Assembly: GCF_030144855.1 (NCBI RefSeq)
Contig: NC_082713.1
Span: 134,354,001 to 134,418,000 of the forward strand
Reading direction: 5' to 3'
From: Hypanus sabinus
Taxonomy: Eukaryota
Length of the DNA: 64,000 bases
The first letter of the stretch is position 1; the number at the start of each line of letters is the position of its first letter. Below the pieces are notes generated by a model. That model saw only the letters and a list, made by a program, of their open reading frames with translations, made no database searches and had not been told where the DNA came from. The translations under genes and the position numbers were made by a program. Of this stretch, positions 49,945-63,300 are shown in pieces.

Positions 49945-51614
49945 TTACATCATTGACTGTGATAAAAATATGTTCAGGGTTGAAATGTTGTAAGACAACC
50001 TTCCCATAACCTTTAATTTTATAGCATCCCAATTCATCCTTGTGTCACTACTATGGGAAGGGTACAACACAAGAAAGACGGCAGGTGTTGGAAGTCTTGA
50101 ACAAAGACAAGATATTGGAGGAACTCAGCAGGTCAGACAGTATCTATAGAGGGAAATGAGCAGCTGACATTTCAGGCCAAGATCCTTCATTAAGATTTCA
50201 TATGAACACCAGATGTTATGTAAAGCTCTGCACCACATGTTCCAGATTTGAAGGAAAATTGCAAGCAGCCTGTTGCAAAGTGAAGAAGCACTTTTTTCCT
50301 GCACCACAGTTGAATTTTAGCCTGAAATGAAATCTCAAGGATAGAAACAAACCCTTATAGTACATCATGAAACTTTTCAGCAGGATATTAACACAATGCA
50401 TTGTCTCAACATCTTGTTTTTGGTGTTCACTCAATGGATGATGATCTGCTGGCTTGGTGGGATGCTATAGAGACCTGCATGTGAATGCAGGACTAGGTAT
50501 ATGGGCCTTGTAGCAGGAAATGGGAATATAAATTCCAGCTCCTTTAGATTCAGGCTACGTGAAGTGCTATTACTTTTGACTATTTCTTCTTGACATGAGC
50601 AGGTTTCTAACAGAATTCCCAAAGTCATTTTGAAGTCTCAAGTACAAAGTTGAATTCCAAATACATTTTGGCCTGTAACAAAGGGTTCTGGTTAAACAGG
50701 TGCAAAAGTGAGCTGGCTCAGGCAAACTAAGAGGCTTGAGGGTGTAAAACTATTCCATTTCTTAAGTTCAGAAGAGAAAAATGCCCTGCCAAGAAAAATG
50801 CCCCCATTAGTAATTTTGTCAGAAAAACCTGGAATTGTTCAATATATATTTCAATGTATATACTACAAAGACAGTTTTGTGAGGTGGGAGTTATTGTCAT
50901 AAGCAAGACCACAGAGACAAATTCTTCTCTCACTCTTGTTTCTAAAACAAAATTGCTTTAAAATATTTAATTCCCAGTTGAGTCCAGTTGTTGTTTCACA
51001 ATGTAAATAGAATCGTGCCTAAGAAAACATATCGTAATGTCCTGACAGCTTCTGAATATGATATATTTTCCCTCTTCATTTATTGCCTTTATATTTTTTC
51101 AGCAGGTAATTCATTGCAAGGTTAAGTTTATAAAGTTGTAACTGACACAGCTCTACATCTCCTGAAGAAGTTGGTGTTTTCTGTTTGATGATTTGAGTTT
51201 GTTGGGATTGGGAGAATTTCACATGTGAGCTTCACTTACAATTGGTAGGTAGCTATGTACCATTGAACCTTTAATGACTTCCAGTAATCCAGTTAAGTAA
51301 CTTTCCTGCATCCTGAGGACAAGACATTGACTATTTTTCTCTTTTCACAGATCCTCCTGACCTTTTGAGCAATTTCTGTCTTACTACAATTGTCCAACAA
51401 AATTTTACCTTTGAATTAATTACTCTTCATGCGTGTCATCTGGACACTGCTGTTAATCTATACAAGATGTATCAAGACTGAACTAAATCCTCAGATGATA
51501 TGGGTGTATCCACTTGATTGGAATTGCTACCTTGAACTAAAGGATAATGCCAATGGTAAAACCTTCTTGACTGTACCCCGTCAATCAATAAAAATAAAAA
51601 GTAGTAACTTTTGC

Positions 51615-53150
51615 CCAGGCAGCTGTGAAGGCCAACACTGAGCCCTCGAGGAGAGCTGCTGAAGCGACCTGCACCTTAGTCATCTCTGAGGCTGAAGTCC
51701 GCAGGTGTTTCCGATGAGTGGACAGTTGCATGGCTGCAGGACGGGACGGCATCCCAGAGCAAGTACTCGGGATGTGCACGGCACAACTGGCAGGTGTGTT
51801 TACAGACATTCTTAATCTCTTCCTCTCCCAGTGTAGAGTGCCCTCCTGCTTCAAAACATCCACCATTGATCCTGTACCTAAAAAGACCAAGGTAACATGT
51901 CTGAATGACTGGTGTCCTGTTGCACTCACCTCAATAATAAGCAAGTGCTTTAAGAGGCTGGTCAAAGCTACATCTGCAGCTTGTTACCATCCACACTAGA
52001 CCCCTTACAATTCACCTACTGACAAACCTGATCAACAGATGACACAATAGTCACAGCTCTACACACTGTCCTTACACATCTGGAGAAGAAGGATACAAGT
52101 GAGAATGCTGTTCTTGGACTACAGTATTAAACACCATAATTCCTTCCAGGCTTGACAAGAAACTCAAAGAGCTCGGCCTTCACTCTGTCTTGTGGAGCTG
52201 GATCCTGGACTTCCTGTCAGATTGCAGCAGGTGGTACGAGTGGGCTCCCTCACCTCTACCCCTGTGACCCTCAACACAGGTGCCCTTCAGAGCTGTGTCC
52301 TAAGCCCCCTCCTTTACTCTCCAATCTGCCAACACTACATTGTTTGTCCTCATCTCAAATAATAACAAGACAGCCTACAGAGAAGAAGTCATCACCCTGA
52401 CACAGTGGCGTCAAGAAAATAACCTCTCCCTCAATGTTGCAAAAACAAAGGAGCCGGTTGTGGACTACAGGAGGAATGGAGACAGGCTAACCCCTATTGA
52501 CATCAATGGATCTGGGTTTGAGAGGGAAAACAGCTTTAAGTTCCTCGGCATACACGGCACTGAGGAACTTGTGGTTTGTGCCTTCCGGCTGTGGTGAAAA
52601 AAGCACAACAGCACCTCTTTCCCATCAGACAGTTGAAGAAGTTTGACATGAGTCCCCAAATCCTGAGGAACTTCTACAGGGGCACAATTGAGAGCATCCT
52701 GACTGGCTGCTTCACTGCCTGGTATGGGAACTGTACTTCCCTCAATCGCAGGACTCTGCAGAGAGTGGTGCGGACAGCCCAGTGCATCTGTAGATGTGAA
52801 CTTCCCACTATTCAGGACATTTACAAAGACGGGTGTGTAAAAAAGGCTCAAAGGTTCTCTGGGGCCTTGAGCCACCCCAACCACAAACTGCTCCAGCTGC
52901 TACGATCTGGGAAATGGTACCGCAGCATAAAAGCCAGGACCAACAGGCTTCTGGACAGCTTCTTCCACCAGGCCATCAGACTGAATAATACACAATTGTA
53001 TTTCTATGTTATATTGACTGTCCTTTTGTACATACTATTTATTACAAATTACTATAAATTGCACATTGCACATTTAGTCAGAGACGTAATGTAAAGATTT
53101 TTACTCCTCACATATATGAAGGATGTAAGAAATAAAGTCAATTCAATTCA
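51615..53150 (+). mobile_element. Rex1/Babar LINE, 5'-truncated and internally deleted
   Basis: AAGRDGIP...[11 protein letters not shown]...[15 protein letters not shown]...[22 protein letters not shown] and KKAQQHLF...FYRGTIESILTGC motifs; AATAAA plus (ATTCA)n tail. Confidence 0.85.
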
Positions 53151-53889
53151 AGAATCACATGGGATTATATTGAATTGTTACTTAAAGAGGTTTTCTGTTT
53201 ACAAATTGGAGGCAGAGTTCTAATATCACTGCTGCATTTGATTGGTTATGAAGTACTTAGGCATGAGTAAAACTGCTATTTAAACACATTTTTTCTATTG
53301 TAAATAATGTCTTGTAAAATCTTGTTCAGCACAAGATTAATCCTCAATTATACAATCATGGTATCGGGAGGTCACTCCCATAAACTCAGACTGCTTTAGT
53401 TGAATAATATAATTTGCTTGAACATAATCCTGTTCTTCCGTGGTTTTGGTGTGAGCCTTTGTTGCTTCACACGCCACATCTCAGGAGTCACCTCTCAGCA
53501 AATTCTGCCATCGATGACAAAATGCACCACTGCCTTCAATTCACCAACACAGCCTTTGGTCAATTGAGAGAAAGGGTATTTAAGGATCAAGACCTCAGAC
53601 CTGGCAAAAAGTTCATGACAGTGATGCAAACCTGAAGACCTGGACTGGACCTGGACTACCTACAGCAGGCTTTCCAGGACAATGGTGTCTCCGCTAAATT
53701 CCAAAAAATTGGTAGAAAGATAAATGGACCAATATTGGAGACCACTTTCTGGCCAACACCCAAGGTATTGAGTCCTGGTTACAATCATTTAACTCCCTTC
53801 ATTAAGCTATGTTGTTTGTGAATCCAAAAGCAGATTTGCTGAAGAGTTCTGAGCTCTGTCATGGGCAATGATCACCATTTGAACACAGA

Positions 53890-54230
53890 GACACAAGAGA
53901 GACTCCAGATGCTGGAAATCTGGATAAGTACAAAAAAATTGCAGGAAGACTCAGCAAGTCAGGCAGAATTTATGGAGGAAAAAGAACAGTTAATGTTTTA
54001 GGCCAAGCCCCTTCATCAGGAAGGTGACAGAAGCCAGAATAAAAGAGCAAGGGGAGGCATGGGACTCTACAGGTGTTAGGTGAATCCAAGTTAAAGGGGG
54101 AGAATGCAAATAATATCAGAAACTGGGATGTGATAGTTAGTGAAGGCAAATGGCTGTGGAAGAAAGGATCTGATAGGAGAGGAGAGGAGAGCATGAGATA
54201 AAGGAAGGAGTGTGGCAACTAGAGGGAGAA
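53890..54230 (-). mobile_element. Penelope-like 3'-terminal fragment
   Basis: Reverse-complement homologue of 160-550 (cttcatcagg core, GA-rich tract). Confidence 0.65.
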
Positions 54231-55424
54231 AGGATGCAAGAATGAGCTCAAAGCCTCTCCGAAAGAAATGTAACAACCTCACTGACTCTTCGGAAGCTCT
54301 GGCCCATGAATGTTCAAAGTGGATAATGTGTAGTTGTGATGGCATTGAGAAATTTGAGTCCGTACATCTGGAGTGCACAGAAATCCCGTATGAATGATGG
54401 AAATAACAGGCCTCTCACAAGCTATAAACCTGCATGTCCGGTCAGCTGGTAACTGCCAGATATCAGCCACTAGAAGCCCAGGGTGGAAGTGAGTCCTCCT
54501 CAATCCCAAGGCACTGCCTAAGAAGGAAACTTCTTCTTTGCTAGTTCACTTTGATGGCACGTGTAATATTACATTTTTAATGATATCGAACAACTGTACA
54601 AGGACAAAGTCTGAGATGTCTTCACTGCACATTTAATTGATTTTCTTCACTCATTGCAATCATTTCAGGCAGATTGGAGAAAACGCTGCTCAGGTCAGAC
54701 TTTCCAGGGTCCGTTATTTGCACTGGTAGGTGATAACGTGTTGCATGTATTTAAATAATTTCCTGTATCTGTGGTGAATTACTTGACCAAACTCACAGCT
54801 CCTGAAACACATTGAGATGGCACATCAAATGTAATTAGACCAAAGTTCAGCAAATACTCCAGCATCAGACTCGGGCACACAGTTATGCATATTAACACCA
54901 TATGACCATTCCAGTTATCTAACCTTTCACATTTTTCTACAGCATATTGATTTGATTGAAATGACACACTAACATACAGAAAGGCTTGTTTGCCAGCCCC
55001 ATTAGATGCTGATGTATTCAGAATAAATCAGTTGCAATTTTATGCTTTTGGCTTTAATAATACATATTTGTTCACCTTAATAATTCGGTGGAAGGTTTTA
55101 CCCAGTCTATCACGCTATGACATACAGCGCCTATCACATTTTCTGGATGAGCTTCTAATGTCTATGACATTTCAGCAAGCCTATCTCAAATTAGGCTGCA
55201 GTTGACTTTTTGCAGGAGTGAACTATAATTTAGAACTATAATATGTTTCTTCAAGCAATGTGGGTCAAAGAATGAAATACTTCAGTGATTTTAAGATACC
55301 TCACAAACTCAATAAATATCATCCCTGAAGGTTTTGAAATTGATTCTGATATGACAAATTAAATTATGCAAAATAAGCTGATTGATAAGCAACTGCTGCA
55401 GCACAGAGTTTGATTCCCTCAAGT

Positions 55425-55925
55425 AATTTAGAAGGAGGTTCACCAGGTTGATTCCAGAGATGAGGGGGTTAGACTATGAGGAGAAGTTGAGTTGCCTGGA
55501 CTGTACTAGCTGGAATTCAGAAGGATGAGAGGAGATCTTATAGAAAGATAAAAAATTATGGAAGGGATAGTTACGATAGAGGCAGGAAGATTGTTTCCTC
55601 TGGTAGTTGAGACGTGAACTAGGGAGACATAGCCTCAAGATTTGGGGGAGTAGATTTAGGACGGAGATGACGAGGAACTGCTTTTCCCAAAGATTGGTGA
55701 ATCTGTGGAATCTTCTGCCCAATGAAGCAGTGGAGGCTCCCTCAGTTAATATATTTAAGACAAGGTTGGGTAGATTTTTGCATAGTAGGGGAATCAAGGG
55801 TTATGAGGAAAAGGCAGGTAGATGGAGATGAATCCATGGTCAGATCAGCCATGATCTTATTAAATGGTGGAACAGGCTTGATGGACCAGATGGCCTCCTC
55901 CTGCTCCTATTTCTTATATTCTTAT
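55425..55925 (+). mobile_element. CR1 3' fragment
   Basis: HSLKIWGSRFRTEMTRNCFSQRLVNLWN translation; 3' tail present. Confidence 0.82.
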
Positions 55926-55979
55926 GGGACTCGTAAAGTGCCTTCTTTATTGTCAGCATGTGGTATTACATTCCTCTTT

Positions 55980-56540
55980 CTTGCTTTCTTCAGATTGTTA
56001 TAGCTGGGGACAAGCTCCCACTGCCTATTAAATGCTTCCAATGGCATGCGCCTCAAATAGCCTCTGACAACCAAGTCCAGCTCCAGGCCTTCACCTGTGG
56101 CTTAGCTACTAAACCCAGCAGAACCGTTTCTACCAACAGAAGAAGGGGCAAAGGCAAGTTACTGGTGCCTTAAAACCAGTCACTTCGGGCAGATGTGTCT
56201 CATCAGCCATGGTGGGCAGCTCATCCAGGAGAAGGACGACTCTGATCTCAAACATCCACTCATGGGGAAGGCTTTGGGAGTAAACCTTGAGGTAAAATTC
56301 CAGAGGTGGGGTCCCTTAGGTAGTCCTACGTTAAGTTCATTGTTGATTGGCAACTCCTTTGATGCTGCTGGGACCAAACTGTATTGGTCTCTGCCGTTCC
56401 TTTGGGTCCATCAGTTGTGTGGAGAGGGAGATCTTGCTACATGGGCATCAACTTGCTCTCCATATCATACTGCCCAGGTTTGCATACCTAGTCAGCTAGG
56501 ATACAATATCCATGGTCAACTCTGACTGACTGAGGCCATC
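55980..56540 (+). mobile_element. Probable RTE-related non-autonomous retroelement
   Basis: GC-richer block with RTE-5'UTR-like phrasing and a (CTGA)n-like end; the family call is from recollection only. Confidence 0.35.
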
Positions 56541-57214
56541 CCCTCACCCTCACATTCCTCTTCCTAGTGGATGCCTTGCATATGCACCTCTGGCAGAATT
56601 ACTGGATACCAAGGAAGTATGAAAATATGAGCCAGTTCAGTTGTTTGCACTCTTACTACTGAAAGTCACGGGGTCACAGATATTATCTTTAAATCACCAG
56701 CAAGACATGGTAGGCCATCATTTATTACCCATTCCTATCTTGCAGTGAGAAGTTGATAAGAAACATAGAGAAACATAGAAAGTAGGTGCAGGAGTAGGCC
56801 ATTCGGCCCATCGAGCCTGCATCAGCTTCTTCAATGACAGTAAGCTTTCTGGGTGCCCCACAGTGCTGATAGGTTAGGACGATGTTAGGCCATAAGCAGA
56901 CTGCTATTTCCAAGTCTGATGCTTGGCTTAGAGAGGAGTTCATAGTTGTCCATTTCAGTAGATACTGCTCTAGTCTTTATAAATAGTTGAGATTTGGGAG
57001 CAGTTGGTGACTTGCTGCAGAGTGCTTCTTCAGCAGATTCAGTTGATGTCACACTGTGCTGGTGGTAAAGAAAATGAATGTTAAGATGGCTAGTCCTGAA
57101 TGGTGTTGATCCCCTTGAATGCTGTTGAAGCTACATGCATCCAGGTAAGTGGAGAATATTCCATTCTGTCCTGTAGGTGGTAGAAAGTGAGCCAGCTTTG
57201 ATCCTGTGAAAACT

Positions 57215-57520
57215 AAAGATTAGCTTTATTTGTCAGACGTACATTAGACCAGACAGTGAAATGCGTCGTTTATATTAACGGCCAATGCAGAGCGAGCACG
57301 TGCTCAGCATAGCCTACAAGTGTCACCATGCTTTTGGCACCAACATAGAATGCCCACAACTTACTAATTCCTAAGAAGTACATCTTTGGACCGTGGGTAG
57401 AAATGAGAACACCCAGAGGGAATACATGCCATCATGGGAAGGGCAAACAAACTCCTTACAAACAATGGCGGGAGTTGAACTGAGGTCTCTGGTGCTGCAA
57501 AGCCTTACATAACCACTATG
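57215..57520 (-). mobile_element. V-SINE/HE1-like SINE remnant; related copies at ~9310-9500 (+) and ~39890-39926/44746-44870 (-, split by the BEL element)
   Basis: gtacatctttggaccgtgggtagaaatgagaacacccagagggaatacatg resembles the reverse complement of the V-SINE central domain. Confidence 0.5.
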
Positions 57521-59824
57521 CAGACATCATCTCTATTACTATTCTCCACTTCCTTGCTGCATCCCAAAGGTGGGCGGGTTGGTGGGTTCATTGGCCACTG
57601 TATGTGAGAGGCAGCAGAATCAGGGTGAAGTTGATGGCCCTCAGCCTCGTGAGAGTGAATAGCTTACCAAGGAAAGAGTGGGGAAAATGTACAAGTTGTC
57701 AGGGGACTGACTGACTTCGATGTCATATAAAAAACATAAAAAGTGAAAGGCTTGGGATATCTGGAGATCAGTGAGGAATTGCTGAGTTCCTGGTCCCAGA
57801 CTTGCTGTTGAGAATATATTTGACTGCACCAAGTCACTTTTAGTTAGTGGAAATCCTCTGAGTGTGGATGCATGTGGGACAGAGATTTTTAATGTGAATA
57901 ATACTCGTTCTGTGTTTTCTTGTTGGAGATGGTTATGGCCAAGCTCTGGTGTAACATGGATGTTACTTACTACTTATACCATACCTGCCTGTGCTGGTTA
58001 CTTCATTATCTGTGGGGTTTCAGGTGAATATTGTACAGCATTTACTAACATTCGCCACATTTAAACTTATTGGGAAATCCAGGTCATTGATGAAGAGAGT
58101 GTCTACCCTGTGAAATTCCTGCAGCAATGTTTTGGACCTCAGATAATTAAACACTAACAATCTTGAATGTTTTCCCTTGTGGTACATACATAGAATTGGC
58201 ACCCTTTTGACACTGTCTTTATGCTCTAGTGCAGTGTTGCCTCACTGGAGGTGCTGATTTTAAAATAGGGTAGAATGTGGAAGAGTTGTGTGCGCTTCCA
58301 GGTACCTGTCAATGGACCACAGCACTATTTCAAAGATGAGCAGGGAATTTATCTGTGGGGTATCAAGGCCAATATGTATCCATTCAACATCACAGAAGCA
58401 GATCATATTGTACACAGGTGGAACAAAGAATTGTCCCTGTTGGTTTCAGCTTGAGGGAAAATAGTGAGGGCTATGGGTAACCTCAGGTAATTTCTAAAGT
58501 AGGTACATGTTTGGCACAGCATTGTAGTGTGATGTAGGTTTTCTATGTTTCGATGCTTGTACCTTCCTCCCCAGGTGGACTTAAAAGTGTGCTGCCCGCA
58601 GGTGCTTGGGCCATTCTCTAGTCCATAATGGAAGGTGAGTGGCAGTATTGCTGATCCTTTTGGTTGACTGATTTTAGTGACACGTGTACCTGTGTGAGGT
58701 GTGCACTTATCCAACTCCCTTTGTACTTTGCAGGATCGTGTAGGCCTTTGCGTGAGTTTCTGCCTTTTATTTGACTCATTTTGCTTAACTTGGACTTCTT
58801 GTATTTGTATGGCTGATCCTAAATCTCCATGTGAATCTGAGGCACTGATGAGCTTTATTATACTGGTGTAGTCACTTTATACAACGTACCTTATAGCACT
58901 GGTGCATTTTATTTCAATGTGACAGACAGCTGAGACCTTAGTCTTTTATGAGCCGTAGTGCTATTGCATTTTCGATCTGATGTTAACTCAGGAGCTGCAT
59001 TTTATTTGAAAACTGCCCTACCTCTCCATTTAACAAAACTTCTGTTCGTTAGTAAAATTTGTCATAACTATAAGCTGCATTGTCAGGCTGCCTGCCTTAC
59101 AGAGGTCCAGGACCTGCCTGTACCACTGGCTCAGTGGTTACAATACTGACATTGGTGCTTTGTTGTTTGTGGGATCTTGCTGTGTGCATTTGCCTGCTAT
59201 ATTTCTCAGATTACGACCGTCATTACAATTCAAAAATTCTTCAATGTCTGTGAGTGAGTCAGGGACATGAAAGGCGATATCCCATTGTTAGCCCTTTTGA
59301 AACATTGATACAAATTGTGCTGATGGCCAGCTAGCATTCTCCCTTTTTAATTTCATATTTATAACATCTACCCCTTACTCTCATACAGTTGCAAATCCCA
59401 CTTACCCAGTTAATCCTGTCCTCTCTAACCCAGGAAAATCACTTACCCCTCCGTCTGCATCATTGAGAGCAACCATATGGTCATGTATTTAAAAGCCTAT
59501 GTGTTCTTCACCAGAAGCTCTTTCCTTCGGTGAAATGTATTCAGCAACCCTGTTTGGGAGGGATGAAGAGTCAATATGTCATGTTTGATCTTATCATGAT
59601 GTCCTGCCTTTTTGTTGTGATAACTGGCATAAATTACAATATTGAAAAACAACTGGAAAGCTTTTCAATTCATTATAAAGGTGCTACCCCTTTAAAAATC
59701 ACTTTGCCAATATCATTCACATAACAAGTTCCGTAGTTTTCCAGAGGAGTCTACATCTTATTGGAAAATGATCAAATAATTATTAGTGTATTTGCATAGA
59801 GAAATAATTTAATATTTAATATTT

Positions 59825-60345
59825 CCACTACAGGAAGGATGTTGGCTTTGAAGAGGGTGCAGAAGAGGTTTACCAGGATGCTGCCTGGTTTAGAGCGCAC
59901 GTCTATCACGAGAGACTGGATAAACTTGAGTTGTTTTCTCTGGAGTGTGGAGGCTGAGGGGAGGTCCAATGGAGCTTTACAACATTATGAAAAGCTTGGA
60001 TAGAGTGGGCAAAGAGTATCTGTTTACAAGGGTTGAAACGTCCAGTATCAGAGGGCATGAACTGAATGTGACAGAAGGTAGGTTCAAGGGGGCTGGGAGG
60101 GGTAAGTTTTTTACTCAGTCATGGATGCTTGGAATGATGGTTATACATGGAATACATTAGAGGCTTTTAAGAGACATTTGGATAGGCACATGGATGTAAG
60201 GAAGATGGAGGGATATGGACATGGTGTGGGTAGGAGGGATTAGTGCTTGGGTGTTTTTGATTTGCTTTTTAGCTGGTTCAGCACAACATTGTGGGCCGAA
60301 TGGCCTGTTCCTGTGCTGTACTGTTCTATGTTTTATGTTCTATAA
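59825..60345 (+). mobile_element. CR1 3' fragment
   Basis: ttggctttgaagagggtgcagaagaggtttaccagg (LALxRVQxRFTR) and IRGHEL...RGKFFTQ; tail tgttctatgtt. Confidence 0.82.
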
Positions 60346-63300
60346 TATATATACTGTAAATAAATATAGTAATATATGACACATAAATAAGTATACATAT
60401 TAAACAGGTTAATATATTTTATATATTCTCATATGGAAAAATAAATACAAATTAAAAAATTAAAAAAACTGAAATCAACCGATTTGCCCTTAGCAACTGT
60501 TCCACCATTCACCACTAACCTTCTATCACAACTCTATTCTGCTGTGCATCCACAGCCCTTGGGTAGAGATTTTAAAAGATTCACTATTCCCTGGGTGAAG
60601 AAATTTCTTCTCATCTAATGGCTGTTTCATTATTTTCAGCCTGTTGCCAATGGTTCCAGATACATCCTTTTAGGGAGAAAGATCTCTACGCCTTCCCGAT
60701 CAATTTCTATCAGAGGTATGCAAGTGTCAATAAGATCACCTCTCTTACATCTAAGGCTGATGGGCTTAGTCTATTGAATTTCCCTTCATAGAACAATTCT
60801 CCACCCCAGGAATCAATCTGGTGAACACTTGTTGCTCACCTGCTGTCTCCTGGGTAAAGAACAGAAACCTGTACAGAATATTCTGTGTATGGTTCACCAG
60901 GAACCTTTGAAACTGTGGTCTCAATTACCCCTTCATTAAAGGCTAAGGTACTGCTGGCTTTGGTTTTCCAAATGATTCCTGCACATTAATTTGTGAACAA
61001 AGGCTTTCATTAATTTGTGAACAAAGGCTCATGCAGTATGTGAAAAGAATGAAGACACCCATCTTTCTATTCCTTACCACATCAAAACAAGTGCAATTTT
61101 CTATTTTATTTCCATCAAAGAGTCCTGGAGAAGGGTCTTGGCCTAAAATGTCGACTGTTTATTCATTTCCATAGATGCTGCCTGAGCTTCTGAGTTCCTC
61201 CAGCATTTTGAGTGTTAGCCTTTCCAAATTTTTTCACATATTCTTTATTACGTCTTTACCTATTCACTTAGCTTCTCTACATCCTCTTGAAGCCTCTCTG
61301 CAAAATTCATACAACTAGCATTTCCTGTCTGATTTGTAACCTGTTTGATCTAAATGTTTCGAGTTCAGGCTCCTGTTGCTAAGTACAGATAGTCTGTCCA
61401 AAGAATATATGTAAAGAGTTTTTATTTCCATGATTTACATTCTGGAAGTGCTGAACTTTGCTGTGGTCATAATTCCCTGGTTACCTGAATGCTGAGAGGA
61501 GTGATTGCTCAGTAGTTAGCTGCCAGAGGAGTATAATCCAGAGACGTAAATTTATGACCTGCACAATATTCACATTTAAATTATGAAATACATCTGGGAC
61601 ATGCATTGAATCTGGTTTTGACATCGATATTAGTCTGAGAATTGAGTGGGGGGTGTGACGGGCGGGTCACATCCAGCTGATGGAAAATTGGTTCCAGACC
61701 AGAAGATACCTGCTCATCATCAGGTTACCAAGTTTCTCTGTGAGCCAAGAAAAGCAGGAATGCCTTTTTTAAAAATCTCAGTTGAACCTTTATTTCTTCT
61801 TCCTCCAAGCTATTTTTCACTCAAAATCAGCACACCCACCTCTTCCTCCCATTTTCCCCTGGATAAACTTACCCAATCTTCTTCAGCTGACTTCTGGAAA
61901 CCGTTCCCTGAGATTCCTGGCTGTGGCTTCCTCCAGTATCTTATCAGCTTGGTTAATCTCACAGATTGCAACTTGAAATTTCAGACAACTGAAAGACACA
62001 ATGGCACAAAAATTGTGGTCTCCATTCCTTCGTGTAGATGGCAAGAACAAAGTCATCTGGTTTGTGTGCTTCCACTGACCTTGACCCAATTGAGTTCAGT
62101 ATTTTCTTCTATATTTTAATTTCTTCATGGCCAATAACTCTGCAGTTTTGATGTTTAATATTCTGCATTATTCACTTGTTATTTTGCCACTTATAAGATT
62201 TGTTCTTTTTATTGCACATTGAGTATTTGATATATTCTTTGAAAAGGTTCCATTGAATTCCTTTGTTTTGTGGCTGCCTTGATAATAAATATCTTCGCAT
62301 TGGGAGACACGTGCCAAATAGATAATGTGGATAATGGGAATTAGAAACACAAACCAAAATGCTGGAAGTTAAGGGAAAAGTCATAAAGACAAGAGATTCT
62401 GTAGATGCTGTAAATCTAGAATAACATATACAAAATGCTGGAATAAACTGTCAACATTTCAGGCAAGGTCCAAAATGTTGACTGTTTATTCATTTCCAAA
62501 AATGCTGCCTGACCTATTGAGTTCCTCCAGTATTTTGTATGTGTTATCTGTGGAGGGAGGATGTTTCAGGTTGAAGAACTTTTGGTTCAGAAGGAAGATC
62601 ATTGACTTGATATGTTAATTCTGTTTCCCACTCTTTAGACGCTGGTTGACTTGCTGAGTATTTCATGTTTTATTAAGTCACAGTCAACATGAAACAGCTT
62701 CAACCTAATTATATTATGCATTGAAAATATAGATGGTGGATTATAGTTACAATAATCAAAGAGGAATTGATGCCATTTTTTCTTGTTGTGAAGATACACA
62801 AGATCATCAGAATCTGTATCTACTGTAAATGTCTTTGAAGCTACCTTAGCCTTTCAAAAGTTATTGTGTCCTATTTATACTTACCTCCCCACAGAGGCTC
62901 TGTTCTTTTCTGGGTCAGAATATTCAAAGTGAATATGATTCTCTCTGGGTTTTAGTTCGGGCTTCTCCCATATCAGTTCATTCATAGCAAAGGAATGAAT
63001 AATCTGTCCAAGTGAATAAGGCAGTTGCTCTTCTTAGAATTTATGTTAATGAGGGTTGCTTTTCCACTTTTAGATTGAATCCAAGGTAAGAAGGTAGGTC
63101 CTTATTCTCCAGACTAGAGCAAATTTTCTTGCAGCACATGAAACAAATTTCCACTGCAAATCAACATTGATAAAGCAAGACTGCATTGTTCCTGCTGTTT
63201 ACTGTTGCAACAATATCAGGACACACAATTATTTGGGAAGAACAAAACAAACTTACTTTCCTCTGTATGAGCTTTCAGCTGCTATCTTTATTTAGCCAAA

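Noticed and set aside
60984-61029. 22-bp direct repeat (also a 21-bp repeat at ~32585-32626)
   Set aside because: Simple local tandem duplications inside decayed LINE sequence, with no sign of function.
61646-62119. 157-aa ORF
   Set aside because: Non-ATG start, no recognisable domain and no clear splice context; probably a chance ORF.
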